The position numbers and the translations under genes were made by a program. The notes below the pieces were generated by a model, which worked only from the letters and a program-made list of their open reading frames with translations, did no database searches and had not been told where the DNA came from. DNA of 63,191 bases, the filler included, from Theionarchaea archaeon (GTDB lineage: Archaea; Methanobacteriota_B; Thermococci; Methanofastidiosales; SZ-28-30), in assembly GCA_018992565.1 (NCBI GenBank). It is 10 parts of 10 records of this genome, joined end to end, with 100 filler letters (N's around TTAATTAATTAA, not from the genome) between each part and the next. Parts side by side here need not be neighbours in the genome. Positions count along the whole stretch, not along the records: positions 1 to 14,362 come from JACVGW010000071.1; 9 more parts are not named here. One strand, given 5' to 3'. Below, one piece after another: positions 1 to 9,359 of this stretch (within the stretch, counting starts at the first letter, position 1; each line of letters starts with the position of its first letter).

Positions 1-101
1 GCATATTCCAGATCCCACAGTTTCTCCACCAGGAAGCGTTCAGCCCGTCTTCCCTTATTGTACATATGAACCTTTATATGCGGGTATTTTAAAAGGTTGG
101 T

Positions 102-1124
102 ATGCAGATTCTCTCTTATCATCCGGAACGGGGAACCATCAGCCTCCAGATAGAATCGCTGGAGGATTTATGGCACCTGGATCACATTTTGGAGGAGGGA
201 GACCTGCTGAAGGCCAGGACATACCGGCGAACTGACCAGCCTTCAGACATGCTGCGGCCACAGAGAGCTGAGAAAAAACCTGTAACCCTCATCATACGTA
301 TTGAGAAGGTAGAGTTCCACCCACATTCTAACTGGTTGAGAGCGACAGGCGTCATTGAAGGAGGGGAAGATGCTGGAAGTTATCATACCATTAACCTTGA
401 AGAAGGTTCCAGGTGTACTATTATCAAGCAATGGAGGCAGTACCACCTGGAGAGGCTGAAAGAAGCAGTCCAACAGAGCAAGACTCCCAGGATCCTGCTG
501 GTGGCCATGGATGATGAGCAGGCAGATTTTGGCGTTGTACGGCAGTATGGAATAGAAGAAGTAGCCACTGTGCACGCACGTATCCCTGGAAAGAGGGAAC
601 CTTCTCAGAGGAAAGCAGCCAAGAATCAGTACTTCAAGGAAATTTCTGCAAAGATTTCAGAATATGACCTTCCCACTATAGTAGCGGGACCTGGATTCAC
701 AAAAGAGGAATTCAGGAAGTTCTTGATGGACACGGGAGGCAAGCAGGTGGAAGTGGAGTCAGTGAGCACCACAGGAAAGACCGGCCTCTATGAGGTGGTG
801 AAACGAGGACTGGTGGAAAAAGTGTATCAAGATTCAAAAACTGCGCGGGATATCCAGCTGATTGAAGAGCTCTTCGCCAAGATTATTACAAATGATGCAG
901 TGTACGGGTTGGAAGATGTTAAGAAGGCAGTTGCCTACAGTGCGTGTCAAGACCTGCTCGTTGTGGACACAGTGCTGCGGACTAACCGGGAGGCTGAACA
1001 TCTGATGGAACAGGCCCGTCAGCGTGGAGGCAAGACCCACATTATCTCGTCTCAGCACGAAGGGGGAGAGAAACTGCTGCACCTGGGAGGCATCGCAGCT
1101 TTCTTACGGTTCAAGATAGAGTAA
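102..1124 (+). CDS. pelA: mRNA surveillance protein pelota (aPelota/Dom34, eRF1 family)
   Basis: 340 aa; ESLEDLWHL N-terminus, YHTINLE, VAGPGFTKEEF, and C-terminal HEGGEKLLHLGGIAAFLRF typical of pelota. Confidence 0.95.
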   Translation: MQILSYHPERGTISLQIESLEDLWHLDHILEEGDLLKARTYRRTDQPSDMLRPQRAEKKPVTLIIRIEKVEFHPHSNWLRATGVIEGGEDAGSYHTINLEEGSRCTIIKQWRQYHLERLKEAVQQSKTPRILLVAMDDEQADFGVVRQYGIEEVATVHARIPGKREPSQRKAAKNQYFKEISAKISEYDLPTIVAGPGFTKEEFRKFLMDTGGKQVEVESVSTTGKTGLYEVVKRGLVEKVYQDSKTARDIQLIEELFAKIITNDAVYGLEDVKKAVAYSACQDLLVVDTVLRTNREAEHLMEQARQRGGKTHIISSQHEGGEKLLHLGGIAAFLRFKIE

Positions 1125-1337
1125 CCTATGGAAAAATGCTGTACATGGCCGTATGGGTCTTCTCTTTTTCTGATTCTTCCCCTTTCTCTTTCTTGTGTAG
1201 TACTTCCGGTTCAGGGTTTGATTCTTCCTTTTGTGACATCCGGTCTCCAACTCCTGCCCAACACTACGATTCTCATCCGTGGTACCTGCTACCTTGTCCA
1301 CAATACTTAAATAATAGGGTTGGTCAAATTTATATAA

Positions 1338-2474
1338 ATGGAAAAAAATGATGATCTCAACCTTACTGAAATGAAACTCCTCGATTACATTGGTAAATGG
1401 CCAGAACTCACCAATAAAGAGCTGGCTCATCTCTTGAATCTGAAAAATTCGCCTTACGTATCCACTCTGAAGAGAATTCTGCACGACAAGGAATACTTCA
1501 TTGGGCCCTATTATCAGACAGATTATGGCAGGATTTTCAGGAATAGGGTGAGAAAAGCAATAGCTATCCTTCTTTTTGAACAATCATACAAATTTATGGT
1601 TTCTTTGCTCAGAAATATTGGCTGCTTCTCCTATATGTATCCCATCGAAGAGCGATTTTTCAAGAGAATCATGATCAGTATATTCGATAGTGATACTGAG
1701 GGTGTTAAGAAATTGTTTGACTTCCTCAAAGAGGAAGGCATAATCTTCCACTATGAATTATATGTTCAGGATCACCAGACATATGTGATCCCACCTGTAT
1801 TTCTCGGAGATTCTGAAGAGGCTTCCTTTGTCCCACCCCTGGAAAACCTCCTGGATGACGTAGATATCCCTGATCTTTCATTTGGTCACTTTGAAGACCT
1901 CCAGTTGTCTGTTCGAGAGCAGGAGCTTATCACCTGCTTCGAACAGGGAAACAATGTTCTCACCGATGTTATGGAACAGGAAAAAGGTCAGGGAAATTTC
2001 TATACATACGCAGAATGGAAGGAAGCCAAGACGCTCCTGACAGAGCGAAAGATACTGCAACCCGTGTACGATATCTTCCCCCTGTCCTACTGGAAGTGCT
2101 CTCATTTCTTTCTTCTGGTGCGTACCCCTGAGTGCTCTGTTACCAAGAGGATACTGCTCAATTTTGGAAAGAACTCCCGGCTGTATAAGAAGATCTTCTT
2201 ATGGACATCATATCAAACAGGGAGAATGTATGGAGTTATCTACTGCATTTCTCACCCCGAGTTTACCATAAAACTGCTGAACCAACTTGACAAGTACGAA
2301 CTCATTGAGGATGAGCAGCTTTTTGTGCTGCGAAAAACCATTTCTCTGTGGGGAGGGCAGAGCATCTCCATGGATCATTACGACCCTGAGCATCAGACTC
2401 TTTGCTTCCCCTATACTGACTACCTGGAAAGAATGGAACGTGTTCTGGAGGAACCTCAATGCCAGATATTGTAA
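1338..2474 (+). CDS. Uncharacterised HTH-containing protein, possibly Lrp/AsnC-like two-repeat regulator; paralog of 52542-53645
   Basis: 378 aa ORF; N-terminal wHTH-like segment (PELTNKELAHLL); shared blocks with the paralog (PDLSxG, RILxNFGKxxRLYK, CIxHP, YDxExQTLxxPY). Confidence 0.55.
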   Translation: MEKNDDLNLTEMKLLDYIGKWPELTNKELAHLLNLKNSPYVSTLKRILHDKEYFIGPYYQTDYGRIFRNRVRKAIAILLFEQSYKFMVSLLRNIGCFSYMYPIEERFFKRIMISIFDSDTEGVKKLFDFLKEEGIIFHYELYVQDHQTYVIPPVFLGDSEEASFVPPLENLLDDVDIPDLSFGHFEDLQLSVREQELITCFEQGNNVLTDVMEQEKGQGNFYTYAEWKEAKTLLTERKILQPVYDIFPLSYWKCSHFFLLVRTPECSVTKRILLNFGKNSRLYKKIFLWTSYQTGRMYGVIYCISHPEFTIKLLNQLDKYELIEDEQLFVLRKTISLWGGQSISMDHYDPEHQTLCFPYTDYLERMERVLEEPQCQIL

Positions 2475-3484
2475 CAAAGCATGGTACCATAAAGACACCT
2501 GCTCTCATCCCGGTGGTGGCAGCCTCCTATGGTATCTGGGACAAATGGATTGCGGGAGATTATACTGCACCATGGAACCTCTCCCAGGGAGTTATTCTGA
2601 GTCTCTATCATATTCTGAAATATCCGTACAGAGAACGTATCTCAAAGGAAGGGGTCCATGCTGTGCTGGGTACAGACAACCCTGTGTATATCGACAGCGG
2701 GGGGTTTCAGTACATGAAGAAAGGAGCAGAACTGGACCCGGTAGAGGTTTTGCGCTACCAGGAACGCATGGGATGTGATATTGGCATCACGTTTGACTTC
2801 CCAATCCTTCCGGATATGGAAGAACAGGAAAAGGAAGCCAGACTGGAACGTTCCATTGCCTCTGCCAACGTCATGCTTAAGGAAAAGAGAACTGACATGT
2901 GCCTGTATGGTGCCATCCATGGCTCGAATCCTCGAGAAATAACAGACTACATGCACCAACTGGACTCTGGATTCTCGGGATATGGCATTGGTTCTCTAGT
3001 CCCCAGAAAGAACCAGCTGACTCATCTGGTGGACATGATATACCAGGTACGCCAGCAAACTGAGAAGCCTGTGCACTGCTTTGGAATAACAGGGTTCCCA
3101 GCTCTGTTTGCTCTGTCCTACCTGGGAGTGGATACCTTTGACTCCTGGGCGTATGTGGTGGCTGCAGCATTCAAGGAGTTTGTGCATCCTGTAACCCTCT
3201 CACGAGTGAAGAATATCAAGCATGTAGATAGGCTTCCCCCCTGTGAGTGTGCCATCTGCCAGCAGTATTCACACGAGGACATGATCAGAGCTGACAGCGA
3301 TTCGGAAATCATCCTGGCACTGCACAACCTCAATATCTTTCTTTATGAAATGGAACAGATCCGAGAATCCTCTCGCGAGAACAACCTTGAGAGTTATATT
3401 GAAAAGAGGTCTCAGACTACTAATAAACGGGTGAGGCAAGCATTCAAAATTGCCCGGGAGAAGTCGTCACAACCCTCTTTCTAA
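2459..3484 (+). CDS. tRNA-guanine transglycosylase-family protein, catalytic domain only
   Basis: TKHGTIKTPA, DSGGFQ, HCFG, GVDTFDS and Zn site CECAIC...LHN; 341 aa, no C-terminal PUA region; overlaps upstream ORF by 16 nt. Confidence 0.85.
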   Translation: MPDIVTKHGTIKTPALIPVVAASYGIWDKWIAGDYTAPWNLSQGVILSLYHILKYPYRERISKEGVHAVLGTDNPVYIDSGGFQYMKKGAELDPVEVLRYQERMGCDIGITFDFPILPDMEEQEKEARLERSIASANVMLKEKRTDMCLYGAIHGSNPREITDYMHQLDSGFSGYGIGSLVPRKNQLTHLVDMIYQVRQQTEKPVHCFGITGFPALFALSYLGVDTFDSWAYVVAAAFKEFVHPVTLSRVKNIKHVDRLPPCECAICQQYSHEDMIRADSDSEIILALHNLNIFLYEMEQIRESSRENNLESYIEKRSQTTNKRVRQAFKIAREKSSQPSF

Positions 3485-3604
3485 TGTATCTGTTAAAAGC
3501 GATTCTCACTGATTGATGCTATTAATCCTTACTACAGAATTTTGATAACATTCGGTAACTTTGAAACCGAAACATTTATATACCATAAGGGGAGGAGGGA
3601 TACA

Positions 3605-3690
3605 AGGAGTGAAGTAGAGAGAAGGACTGGTCCCGAAGGGAGGTGAAAGATCGGTCACATTCCGTGACCTTTCTTTTTTTTCTTTGTTGA
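3605..3690 (+). ncRNA. Candidate small RNA (promoter, short non-coding unit, hairpin, U-tract)
   Basis: GAAACATTTATATA promoter at 3569-3582; GGTCAC-ATTCC-GTGACC hairpin followed by a T run; no usable start codon. Ends estimated. Confidence 0.35.
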
Positions 3691-3769
3691 TGTTCTTTTC
3701 AAGATCAGGAAGGTAGCGAGTCAAGGCCTAGGACGATAACTCTTTATAGTCTGTCAACGTTCTGCTATC

Positions 3770-4600
3770 ATGAAAGCATATGTGGAAATGGTCAGGCCTT
3801 CTAACTCCATTATGGCTGGATTTGCTGTCTTTCTTTCAGGAATGATTGCTGCGGGAAGACAGATACCTCCATTGGACGTTTTTCTGGCCGTTCTGGGCAC
3901 TATTGCTGCTTCATCTGGTGGAATGGTGATGAACGACTATTTTGACTATGATATTGACAGCATCAACAGACCTCAGAGACCCTTACCCAGGGGAGCAATC
4001 TCCAGGAAGAATGCCCTCATCTTTGCCGTCCTTCTGTTCATGTTGGCCTACCTTCTCATTGCTTTCACTAATTGGCTCTGTATTTTGATTGGATATCCTG
4101 CTATAGCATTAGTTTTCGTATATTCCTGGAAGCTGAAACGGAGGCCTCTCAGCGGGAATTTTGTGGTGGCCTTCCTGACGAGTCTGACATTAGTATATGG
4201 GGGAGCTGCTGCAGGGAAAGTCTTGCTTGTGAGTATGTTGGCAGTCTGCGCGTTTTTTGCCAATTTTTCCCGCGAGATTGCAAAAGACATCGAGGATATA
4301 AAAGGCGATCAGAGCCTGGGATCGAGAACACTTCCTATTCTATGGGGTGTTGAGAGATCAGCACAACTCTCCGCAGTATGCCTGGCACTGGGAATTGTGG
4401 CTACCTTCTTACCGTATTTTGCAGGGATTTTTGGCTGGTTATATCTGGCTTTGGTGGTACCTGTGGATGTCATCATGGTTTATGTTCTGTATCTACTGCT
4501 GAACATGAAGATAGACAGGATAACAGTCATACAAAAACTGGAGAAAGCAGGCATGTACAGTGTCCTTGTGATTTTCTTTATCTCAAAGATGGTTCAGTAG
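3770..4600 (+). CDS. Digeranylgeranylglyceryl-phosphate synthase (UbiA prenyltransferase family)
   Basis: NDYFDYDIDSINRPQRPLPRG and REIAKDIEDIKGD motifs; multiple TM helices. Confidence 0.9.
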   Translation: MKAYVEMVRPSNSIMAGFAVFLSGMIAAGRQIPPLDVFLAVLGTIAASSGGMVMNDYFDYDIDSINRPQRPLPRGAISRKNALIFAVLLFMLAYLLIAFTNWLCILIGYPAIALVFVYSWKLKRRPLSGNFVVAFLTSLTLVYGGAAAGKVLLVSMLAVCAFFANFSREIAKDIEDIKGDQSLGSRTLPILWGVERSAQLSAVCLALGIVATFLPYFAGIFGWLYLALVVPVDVIMVYVLYLLLNMKIDRITVIQKLEKAGMYSVLVIFFISKMVQ

Positions 4601-5007
4601 CCTCTCTGCAGCCTGGATGTCGGAAGAGGAAGTAATACTTCTCAAGAGGAAGACTATCAGTACCACCATGACGACTATCAGTGGAATTTCTATGATATTA
4701 TCACCTTCCTGCAAAGGTGTTTTAGTTTCCCCTATATAAAGATTATGATTATGGTCCGAGACAATCCGGTATTCATGTTCGGCTACTCTATGTGAAATGG
4801 ACAGGACATCCATTGGTAAAGAATGGAAGATGTCTGTATGCCTGTTTCCTGGCGCTTTCATCATGTCCGAGAAAGCAGTAGTCAGGGTAGCACATAGGGG
4901 TTCGTGAAGAAGAACAGTGGTTTGACATCAATGGTTGGTGACGTTCACCTGGAGTTCTATAGATGGGATGGATGGGTCTTGCGTTCTGGTGCGATTTTGA
5001 ATCGTTT

Positions 5008-5814
5008 CTAGTCTGGAGGTTCATCAAGGTCTCTCCCACAATGCGGGCATATCCTTCTTCCAAGAGAGTGTTTCTTCTGCAGTTCTTCAGCGAATCCAGA
5101 AGCCAGTATGCCTGCGGGCAGTGCAAACATCCCAATGCCCAGCAAAGCAATGACAGCTCCAAGGAATTTCCCCACTGGTGTGATGGGGTACACATCACCA
5201 TACCCCACAGTGGTTAATGTGGCAACTCCCCACCACATTGCTGCTGGGATGCTGGAAAAGGCTTCTGGCTGCGCATCATGTTCCACATAGTAGATGGTGC
5301 TCGATGCGAATACGAGCATCAGTGATATGACAAAGAACGTCACGACAATTTCCTCCTTCTTGGCCTTCAAGACATTTCCCAGAGTCAATAATGACTCAGA
5401 GTATCTTCCCATCTTGAACAGCCTGAACAGTCTGAACAATCTGAGAGCTCGCAGGAACCTGGGGTCCATGGGGAATACTACAGGCAGATAAAAGGGCAGT
5501 ATGGCCACCAAGTCAATTAAGGACATGGGCTTTGCCATGAACCGTAATCTGTCAGTAAGTGGATGCGCTCCTTTCTTGCTGGCAGTACACACCCACAATC
5601 GAAGTACGTATTCAACAGTAAATACAATGACAGAGAAAACCTCAAAGGCATAAAAGACACTCTCATACACTGCGAAGATGCTCTCCACCGTCTCCAGGAC
5701 AACTGCCAGCACGTTCAGAAAGATCAATGCCATGATAAATACATCGAAAAGTCTGCTCAAAGGATCGTTTTCTGATGCAACTTCCAGAATCTGGTACAGG
5801 CGGGTCTTTATCAT
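5008..5814 (-). CDS. Voltage-gated potassium channel / ion transporter
   Basis: TTVGYGD selectivity filter; S4 segment RALRLFRLFRLFK; C-terminal CPHCG; ATG start chosen from GGTGA RBS. Confidence 0.92.
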   Translation of the reverse strand: MIKTRLYQILEVASENDPLSRLFDVFIMALIFLNVLAVVLETVESIFAVYESVFYAFEVFSVIVFTVEYVLRLWVCTASKKGAHPLTDRLRFMAKPMSLIDLVAILPFYLPVVFPMDPRFLRALRLFRLFRLFKMGRYSESLLTLGNVLKAKKEEIVVTFFVISLMLVFASSTIYYVEHDAQPEAFSSIPAAMWWGVATLTTVGYGDVYPITPVGKFLGAVIALLGIGMFALPAGILASGFAEELQKKHSLGRRICPHCGRDLDEPPD

Positions 5815-6013
5815 GCAATCACCAATCAAAGATACGTGGTGTTGAGAGCTTGTTCTTTTAAACGTGACTCACGGTATTCATTTCACTGTCAGAATAAGAA
5901 TTCTCCCTTTTAAAAATTTAAAGATGGTATTCAAGAATAGCCGCCGCTCACCGAAATGTCTATGACGTACGTAATCGATTCAGTGTGACACGTAGCACAT
6001 CAGTACTGAGAGT

Positions 6014-6688
6014 GTGGAGAGAGGTGGTCGGATAACACTCAATTGGCTGGATTTTGTAATCGTGATAGGATACATTGGAGTCATTGTATTAGTTGTTGCT
6101 GGGTTGAAAAATCGATTTTTTCCCCGACCTGGCAAAGACCAAGAGCACCCTTTGTCAGTGGAAAAGGAGGATCTTGTGGGAGCCCAGAAGGGCATGCGCA
6201 GGATGGGCCCCCTGATGATCGTACTGGGGGTGCTATCGTATGTTCTGTTATGGTATCTTGGAACGAAACCTCCTATTGAATACGTTCACCTCTTGATTCT
6301 CATGGCAGCTTATATGGTCCTCAGTTCTTTTGACATTTCACCCAAACTGAGATATTACTTTATTTCCCCTCAGGCGGAGACTTTAGAGAAGGGTAAAGAG
6401 TCAAAACTTGATTTGAACATGGGCAGAAGCATATTGTATGTGAATGCAGCAGTCTTATTGGCCTTCTGTATTCTCTACGCCCAGCTGCGATCCGGCCCCT
6501 TCCATGGTATCTGGGGAATAATTGCGTGGGCTGGAACTCTCTTTTTCTCCTATACTCCAGTTCTCCTGGTCAGAGAGGAATACACGGGGAGGGGAGTCCT
6601 CAGAGAGAAGAGAATTTTTGCCTTCAGCATCTTTCTAAGCTGGATTCTTGTGTTCTTCTGGTTAGAGCTTGGATTAAATCTGCCATGA
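6014..6688 (+). CDS. Hypothetical multi-pass membrane protein
   Basis: 224 aa ORF with about 6 hydrophobic segments; start uncertain. Confidence 0.55.
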   Translation: MERGGRITLNWLDFVIVIGYIGVIVLVVAGLKNRFFPRPGKDQEHPLSVEKEDLVGAQKGMRRMGPLMIVLGVLSYVLLWYLGTKPPIEYVHLLILMAAYMVLSSFDISPKLRYYFISPQAETLEKGKESKLDLNMGRSILYVNAAVLLAFCILYAQLRSGPFHGIWGIIAWAGTLFFSYTPVLLVREEYTGRGVLREKRIFAFSIFLSWILVFFWLELGLNLP

Positions 6689-6749
6689 TGATAGATTGAG
6701 CCTGTTGAATATTTTGATGAAAAAAATAATTAAATAAAGAAAAAGTAGA

Positions 6750-8093
6750 CTAATTCCACCTCTTATTCAGGAATTCGGGAATGCCGGAGGAATCTCTGGG
6801 ACCCACGAGGACTTCCCATCCCGATATTTGTTCTAGTTCTCCAGATATTCGGGCTGCCATTCCGGGTATGATGATCTTCTTGTGGGATACCACATCCTTG
6901 ACCTGCGTCTTCTCAATGGCTTCTTTTGCTTTGTAGGCGTCCAGCTGACCACCGGCCACTGAAGCTTCAACACCCAGTCCTTCTGTATCAAAGACCAAAA
7001 GATATGCATTGAGGCCTGAGGATTCAATATCCGAGGCCACGGTATAGTAGGTCAGTGCGAAGTTGGTGGTTGCCAGGAGTGGTGATTCCTTTGTGGGAGT
7101 CCCGAACGTGCGCAATCCAGCATCCACTGACACGGGCCGCCTCGGGTCTGTATAGATATTCTGCCGCAGGGTAATTACCGGAAGAACTGCATACATGTCT
7201 GTAGTATGAAAGATCAAGAGGTCTGCGAACCTATCAATCATGAGAGCAGCTGACATCACTTCTTCCATGGGATTGGTGCATGCAGCAGGTATGCCAATTA
7301 TGGGACAGTTCATGGTGTCATCTTCATTCATTGAGACCCGCCTGATCTCCACGAATTCATTAACGGTGGCTGACAGGTTCTCAGGGTGAATCCCGGGATC
7401 TACTGCAATGTCTTTCAGTCCCATGCTCTGCAGGGCATGTACCACAGATTTAAGCTCAGACAGGTTATTGTCTGCAAAAGCCACCACAGGGCAGTCATAT
7501 TTCATTGCAAGCCCTCCAACCTGTTCCCAGGTGTCCTTGGTGGCCGCGTACAGAAGGGGATTGTCATCACATACACTCAGGGCTGCCTCTAGCGACTCAG
7601 GCAGAAAACTGCATACTATGAGTGCTTTGTCTGTTTTTGCTGCCACCTTCTGGACACATTCTGCAAAGACAGCTGGATCCTGAGATACATTCTTGATAGC
7701 CACTGCCTGGAGTGTCAGTTCCTGACCAATCCGCTCATGGCTGAAATTGGTAACATAGGCAACTCTTTCCAGGAGTTCATCATCTGTCATCCGGTCATCA
7801 ACATCAATGGCAATGGCGGTCTCGTTGAAGTAGGTCAGCTCATGCCGGTACAGGACATCTTCCCCGCCGATTTTCACTGGGGACTTCTTACCAAAGACAA
7901 CCTGGCGCACTGCAGGCGAGGTCATCTTTATCAGAGCCTCAAGATGTGACCCTTTCAGGTACGGGCAGTCTGTGAGCTTGACAGTCCGTTCAATGATCTG
8001 TGAAGCAAAGGCCATGCACGTCTTCTCCCCACATTCTCCACAGTTCGTCTTTGGCAGGTGGCGATAGAGATCCAGGGGACCCAGTCTCTTCAT
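6750..8093 (-). CDS. cdhE: ACDS complex subunit gamma (corrinoid Fe-S protein, large subunit)
   Basis: LPKTNCGECGEKTCMAFA Fe-S motif, TTNFALTYY, VGPRDSSGIP; start reassigned to MKRLGP, overlapping the cdhD stop. Confidence 0.95.
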   Translation of the reverse strand: MKRLGPLDLYRHLPKTNCGECGEKTCMAFASQIIERTVKLTDCPYLKGSHLEALIKMTSPAVRQVVFGKKSPVKIGGEDVLYRHELTYFNETAIAIDVDDRMTDDELLERVAYVTNFSHERIGQELTLQAVAIKNVSQDPAVFAECVQKVAAKTDKALIVCSFLPESLEAALSVCDDNPLLYAATKDTWEQVGGLAMKYDCPVVAFADNNLSELKSVVHALQSMGLKDIAVDPGIHPENLSATVNEFVEIRRVSMNEDDTMNCPIIGIPAACTNPMEEVMSAALMIDRFADLLIFHTTDMYAVLPVITLRQNIYTDPRRPVSVDAGLRTFGTPTKESPLLATTNFALTYYTVASDIESSGLNAYLLVFDTEGLGVEASVAGGQLDAYKAKEAIEKTQVKDVVSHKKIIIPGMAARISGELEQISGWEVLVGPRDSSGIPEFLNKRWN

Positions 8094-9247
8094 TGGCCCA
8101 CCCCCATCAACCAGGTTGAAGCAGGGCGCATGTCTGGATCCCCAGTGAGCTGGGAGATCATCTCTTTGAACAGGGCCACTGACGTGGGGCACATCATCAT
8201 GAACATGTCACACCCCGCCAGGGCAAGGCTCAGTGCTGAGACTGCTTCCCACAGAGGTCCTCGCTTCATGCGGTCACCCCAGGTTTCACCCTCTACAGGG
8301 GACTCTTTCATCCATGCTTCTCTGGCCCCCCATGCATTGGTTGTTCCCGACGCTATGGGGCACTGCAAGTCTTTGTCGCCCTTGAGAGCTGCCAGCCGCA
8401 TCCTCTCCATGATTGAAAAGGAATATTCCAGTCCATATCCCAGAGCTGCAGTGGTGGGGTCAATAAGCATATCCTCTTTCTGGACACCCATACCAAACAG
8501 GTGCCTGTTCAGTGTCTTCTGATCATTAATATCCAGCTGAGTCCAGGAGAGAACAACGTGACCATAATCCATAGCAGCCTTGGCCACTCGTTTGTAGTCC
8601 AGGTTCAAGCTGGCAGAGTTCAGCATCACCCTCTCTCCTTCTGCAGCTTCTGCAGCCTTTTCTAAAACCTCAGGATCTTTGTCAGGATTACCTGATCCAC
8701 CAATGATAATAGGCACCTTTACTGCCTGCAGCACCTCTTCTACCGTTTTTACTGCCTCTGAGACAGGGGTATCCTTAATGGTGGGATCAGTGGAAATGAG
8801 ATGGATGGTCACCATGTCTGCCCCATATTTGTCTACGCACAATTTTGCCCACTCTGCGGGGTCTTCCATTACCTCCTGGTAGTGGATTTTCACCGGTTTT
8901 GCCAGTCCTATGGGCATATCAAAAACATCAAAAGCTACCACTGGATTGTAGGGGTTTTCAGCCTCGAACCGATAGAAGGGCATGGTCTTCTCTCCGCCTA
9001 CAAAGACTGAGTGACTTCTAGTACCTCCGTCTTGTGAGGTATTTCCGAACCTGACCACAGATACTCCACCTGGAAATTCCTCCAGCGGTTTCTCAAAAGA
9101 CAAGTCTTTGTAACCCACCCGCACAGGAAGCTGTGGCCGAGGCACAGATGTCATCACCAGCTCAAGTTCCTCTGCCAGAATGTCCACATTTTCAAGTTCA
9201 AGTTCCTCTGCATCTCCCAGCACCTTCAGTAACCGTTCAATGTCCAT
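8090..9247 (-). CDS. cdhD: ACDS complex subunit delta (corrinoid Fe-S protein, small subunit)
   Basis: IGGSGNPDKDPEVLEKAAEAAEGE, DPTTAALGYGLEY, TNAWGAREAW; ATG at 9247 after GGGTGA. Confidence 0.95.
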   Translation of the reverse strand: MDIERLLKVLGDAEELELENVDILAEELELVMTSVPRPQLPVRVGYKDLSFEKPLEEFPGGVSVVRFGNTSQDGGTRSHSVFVGGEKTMPFYRFEAENPYNPVVAFDVFDMPIGLAKPVKIHYQEVMEDPAEWAKLCVDKYGADMVTIHLISTDPTIKDTPVSEAVKTVEEVLQAVKVPIIIGGSGNPDKDPEVLEKAAEAAEGERVMLNSASLNLDYKRVAKAAMDYGHVVLSWTQLDINDQKTLNRHLFGMGVQKEDMLIDPTTAALGYGLEYSFSIMERMRLAALKGDKDLQCPIASGTTNAWGAREAWMKESPVEGETWGDRMKRGPLWEAVSALSLALAGCDMFMMMCPTSVALFKEMISQLTGDPDMRPASTWLMGVGQ

Positions 9248-9251
9248 GGAT

Positions 9252-9350
9252 TCACCCACCCAGTTCTAGCCTGTCCACCAGAATATCAACATTTTCCAAT
9301 TCAATCTCTTTTGCATCTTCTAATATTTCTGATAATGTATCAATGTCCAT
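9252..9350 (-). CDS. 32-aa peptide homologous to the CdhD N-terminus (MDIDTLSEILEDAKEIELENVDILVDRLELGG)
   Basis: Not in ORF track; AGGTGA RBS 4 nt before the ATG; fills the cooC-cdhD gap; 19/30 identical to CdhD residues 1-30. Confidence 0.75.
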   Translation of the reverse strand: MDIDTLSEILEDAKEIELENVDILVDRLELGG

Positions 9351-9359
9351 TTCATCACC

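Noticed and set aside
4583..4864. 93-aa minus-strand ORF with a hydrophobic C-terminus
   Set aside because: No recognisable motif or RBS; may be a gene remnant but cannot be supported
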